This document shows positions 61,119 through 64,000 of a stretch of DNA of 64,000 bases, in pieces. A model generated the notes under the pieces. That model searched no databases and was not told the DNA's origin. It worked only from the letters and a program-made list of their open reading frames with translations. Each line of letters starts with the position of its first letter. The stretch's first letter is position 1. The stretch spans positions 192,001-256,000 of the forward strand of contig JBFWRP010000001.1 of assembly GCA_050248855.1 (NCBI GenBank), given 5' to 3'. The stretch comes from Planctomycetota bacterium (GTDB lineage: Bacteria; Planctomycetota; PLA2; JAEUHO01). Both the position numbers and the translations under genes were made by a program.

Positions 61119-64000
61119 ATGGAGAAGAGCGAGGGCAGCGCGTCCGGCGAAGGTGGCGTGACGCCGCGGGGGACTTCGGGCCCTGCCTCGCGTGAGCTCG
61201 GCCACAGCGTGCTGCCGCGCCTCGAGCAGCAGACCGGCGGCCCCATCGGGGTGGATCTCGGGGCGGAGGGCACCCCGGAGCGCGGTGCCGGCGAGCGCAC
61301 GGCGCGGTACGTGCTCCGCGGCGAGCTCGGGCGCGGCGGTGTCGGCGTCGTGCTGCAGGGCAACGACGTGGACCTGGGGCGCGAAGTCGCCATCAAGGTC
61401 CTGCGCGAGGAGTTCGAGAACCAACCCGATGTCGTGAAGCGCTTCGTGGAGGAGGCGCAGATCGGTGGGCAGCTCCAGCACCCCGGTGTCGTACCGGTCT
61501 ACGACCTGGGCGTGGCCGACGGGCGGCCGTTCTTCGCCATGCGACTGATCCGCGGCAGCGCCCTGGACGCCCTGCTGGCCCAGCGCGAGACCCCGGCCGT
61601 CGAGCGCAGGCGCTTCCTCGACATCTTCGAGAAGGTCTGCCAGACGGTGGCCTATGCCCACGCTCGCGGCGTGATCCATCGCGACCTGAAACCCGCGAAC
61701 GTCATGGTCGGCCCATTCGGCGAAGTGCAGGTCGTGGACTGGGGCATGGGCAAGGTCATGGGAACCGGCCCCTCCGCCGACGCGTGTCCACCGACAGCCC
61801 ACGGCGAGGAGCCGCGCATCGAAACGGTGCGGACGGAGAGCACCGACACGCAGTCCGTGCTCGGCTCGATGATGGGTACGCCCGGCTACATGCCACCCGA
61901 GCAAGCCAAGGGCGAGCTGGGCGAGATCGACGAGCGCAGCGACGTGTTCGCCCTGGGCGCAATCCTCTTCGAGATCTTGGTGGGCGAGCCGCCTCAGGTG
62001 GGAACGCCCATGGAGCGCTTGCTGGCTGCGTACAAGTGGGAGGCCGAGGCCGCCCGCGCGCGCCTGCACGCCAGCCAGCCCGACCCCGAGCTGGAGTCGC
62101 TCGTACTGGCCTGCTTGGCCCGCCATCCCCAGGACCGACCGGCTTCGGCACAGGTCGTCGCGGAGGCCATCGCGACCCACTTGGCCGCCGTCGAGGAACG
62201 CGCGCATCGGGCGCAGGTCGAGGCTGCCGAGGCCAAGGCCAGCGAAGCCGAGGCAAGCGCTCGCGCTGCACGCGAGGAAGCCCGCGCCGAACAAGAGCGA
62301 GCCGAGGCCGAACAGGCGCGGCTGCGTGCCGAGGGCGAACGCAAGCGTCGTCGCGCAGCGGTCATGCTGACCCTGGCGTTGGCGGTCGGTGCGGCAGGCA
62401 CCACGGTCGGCATGCTTCTCGCCAACGACCAGCGTGCCGCGGCCGAGCGCGCCCAACAGGCCGAGCAGCAGCGGGCGCAGGGCGAAAGCGAAGCCAGGGA
62501 AGAGGCCACCAAGCGCCTGGCCCAAGTGCAGAAGGGCATCGAGATCCTCGGCGCGGTGTTCGGCAACCTCGATCCGAGCGAGGTGGCCGAGAGCGGCCTG
62601 CCGCTCCAGTCCCTTCTCGCCGAGCAGCTGGATCGCGCCGCCGACGAGCTCCAGGGCGATGCCGCCGGCGATCCGCGCGACGTCTTCCGTCTCCAGATGA
62701 CCCTGGCCAGCTCACTGCAGGGCCTGGGCGAGTTCGACCGCTCCCTCGAGCTCCTGGCGCGTGCTCGAGGGCTCGCCGAGTCCGAGCTCTCCGACCAGCC
62801 GCTCCTGCGCCTGGAGGTCCTCCAGGCCATGGCTGTCGTCCTTACGTCCCGGGAGCGGGGCGAGGAGGCCCTCGCGCTTCTCGACGACGCGGAGGAGCTC
62901 GCGCGTAGCGAGCTCGGACCGGATGACCCTCGCACGTGGCGTCTGGTCGCCAACCGCGGAGGCACGCTCCGCGACCTCCACCGGACGGCGGAGGCCAGGG
63001 ACGTCCTGGAGCGGGCGCTCGCCGAGCTCCGCCGTTTGGACGGTCCCGGCGCCAAGGCCACGATCCTCTGCCAGAACAACTTGGCAGCAGCCTACGTCGA
63101 CGACGGCGAGCACGCGGCAGCTCATGCGCTGTACGTGGACGCGCTCGCCACGTGCCAATCCCGAATCGGCGCCAAGCACCCCACGACCTTGCTGCTGCGC
63201 TGCAACGTCATCAACACACTCGAGTCGCTCGGACGGCTCGAGGAGGCGGTGCGGGAGGGCGAGGCGGCCCTGCTCGAAGGACGGGAGGCCTGGGGCCCGG
63301 AGAGCCACTACACGGTGATGATCGAGGAGTCGCTGCTACGCGCGTGTCGCAGCGCGGGCATGGAGGAGCGGGCGTACGAGCTGCTCACCCACGTCCTTGC
63401 GTGGACGGAGCGGCGGCTGGGCGCAGATCACTGGCGAACCTTGCGGGCCCTGGGCCAGCTGGGTCATTGCGAGTACAAGCTGGGCCGCTACGACGCGGCG
63501 GCTGGCCGCTACAAGGAGCTTGCGGCTCGCCACGAGCGCCTGCGGGGGCCCGACGACGACAGCACGCTGACGGCGCGTGCCGAGTACGCACAGAACCTCC
63601 ACCACGGGGGCCAGACGGCCGAGGCACGGCGGGTCCTCGAGGACCTGTGGCGCCACGCCGCGGCGCACCCGGCGCTGCTCGTCCACATGATGACGCTGGC
63701 CGAGCTCATGGAGCGGCTCGGCGACGGCTCCGGTGCCCTGGGCGTGCTGGAGGAGAGCCTGGCCCTCGCACGAGCAAAGCTCGGACCTGACCACGAGACC
63801 ACGCTCCAGCTCATGGACAGGCAGGCCAGCGGGTTGTACCGCGCGGGCAAGCCGAGCAAGTCCATCCCCCTCTACGAAGAGCTGCTGGCGGCCCAGCGCA
63901 GCTGGCCGAACGGGCCGCACCCGCGTCTGGTCAACACGCTGTTGAACCTCGGCGCATGCTACCGGGCGGCCGGCCGCGTCCAGGCCGGACGGAAGGTCTA
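61119..64000 (+). CDS. Ser/Thr protein kinase with coiled coil, TM and TPR repeats (3'-truncated by the window; absent from the ORF track)
   Basis: ATG at 61119 after GGGAG; RYVLRGELGRGGVG, VAIK, HRDLKPAN, VVDWG and GTPGYMPPEQ; LGPDH-type TPR repeats. Confidence 0.93.
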   Translation, partial: MEKSEGSASGEGGVTPRGTSGPASRELGHSVLPRLEQQTGGPIGVDLGAEGTPERGAGERTARYVLRGELGRGGVGVVLQGNDVDLGREVAIKVLREEFENQPDVVKRFVEEAQIGGQLQHPGVVPVYDLGVADGRPFFAMRLIRGSALDALLAQRETPAVERRRFLDIFEKVCQTVAYAHARGVIHRDLKPANVMVGPFGEVQVVDWGMGKVMGTGPSADACPPTAHGEEPRIETVRTESTDTQSVLGSMMGTPGYMPPEQAKGELGEIDERSDVFALGAILFEILVGEPPQVGTPMERLLAAYKWEAEAARARLHASQPDPELESLVLACLARHPQDRPASAQVVAEAIATHLAAVEERAHRAQVEAAEAKASEAEASARAAREEARAEQERAEAEQARLRAEGERKRRRAAVMLTLALAVGAAGTTVGMLLANDQRAAAERAQQAEQQRAQGESEAREEATKRLAQVQKGIEILGAVFGNLDPSEVAESGLPLQSLLAEQLDRAADELQGDAAGDPRDVFRLQMTLASSLQGLGEFDRSLELLARARGLAESELSDQPLLRLEVLQAMAVVLTSRERGEEALALLDDAEELARSELGPDDPRTWRLVANRGGTLRDLHRTAEARDVLERALAELRRLDGPGAKATILCQNNLAAAYVDDGEHAAAHALYVDALATCQSRIGAKHPTTLLLRCNVINTLESLGRLEEAVREGEAALLEGREAWGPESHYTVMIEESLLRACRSAGMEERAYELLTHVLAWTERRLGADHWRTLRALGQLGHCEYKLGRYDAAAGRYKELAARHERLRGPDDDSTLTARAEYAQNLHHGGQTAEARRVLEDLWRHAAAHPALLVHMMTLAELMERLGDGSGALGVLEESLALARAKLGPDHETTLQLMDRQASGLYRAGKPSKSIPLYEELLAAQRSWPNGPHPRLVNTLLNLGACYRAAGRVQAGRKV

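Overview
Very GC-rich (about 70% or more, by eye), gene-dense bacterial window. Its gene content suggests a Planctomycetota-like organism (inference): three ECF sigma factors, WD40 and TPR Ser/Thr kinases, HEAT/VWA proteins and a MoxR-Bat operon. It also carries boxCB (aerobic benzoyl-CoA pathway, no boxA in the window), peptidases, many exported hypothetical proteins, a VapBC-type toxin-antitoxin pair, three REP-like hairpin elements and a ~355-bp palindrome-rich tandem array. The strongest signal is translational recoding that the ORF track misses. (1) A small SEC-C zinc-motif gene (39003-39254, minus) reads as one 82-aa protein only if three +1 frameshifts occur, each at C-UUU-C and each at one of the protein's only three Phe residues. 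(2) Two exported thioredoxin-fold genes each have an in-frame UGA at the redox-site position followed by a SECIS-like hairpin (37890-38918 minus, Cx7U; 46252-48000 plus, UxxC), so both are probable selenoproteins. All family assignments are by eye from motifs; no searches were run.
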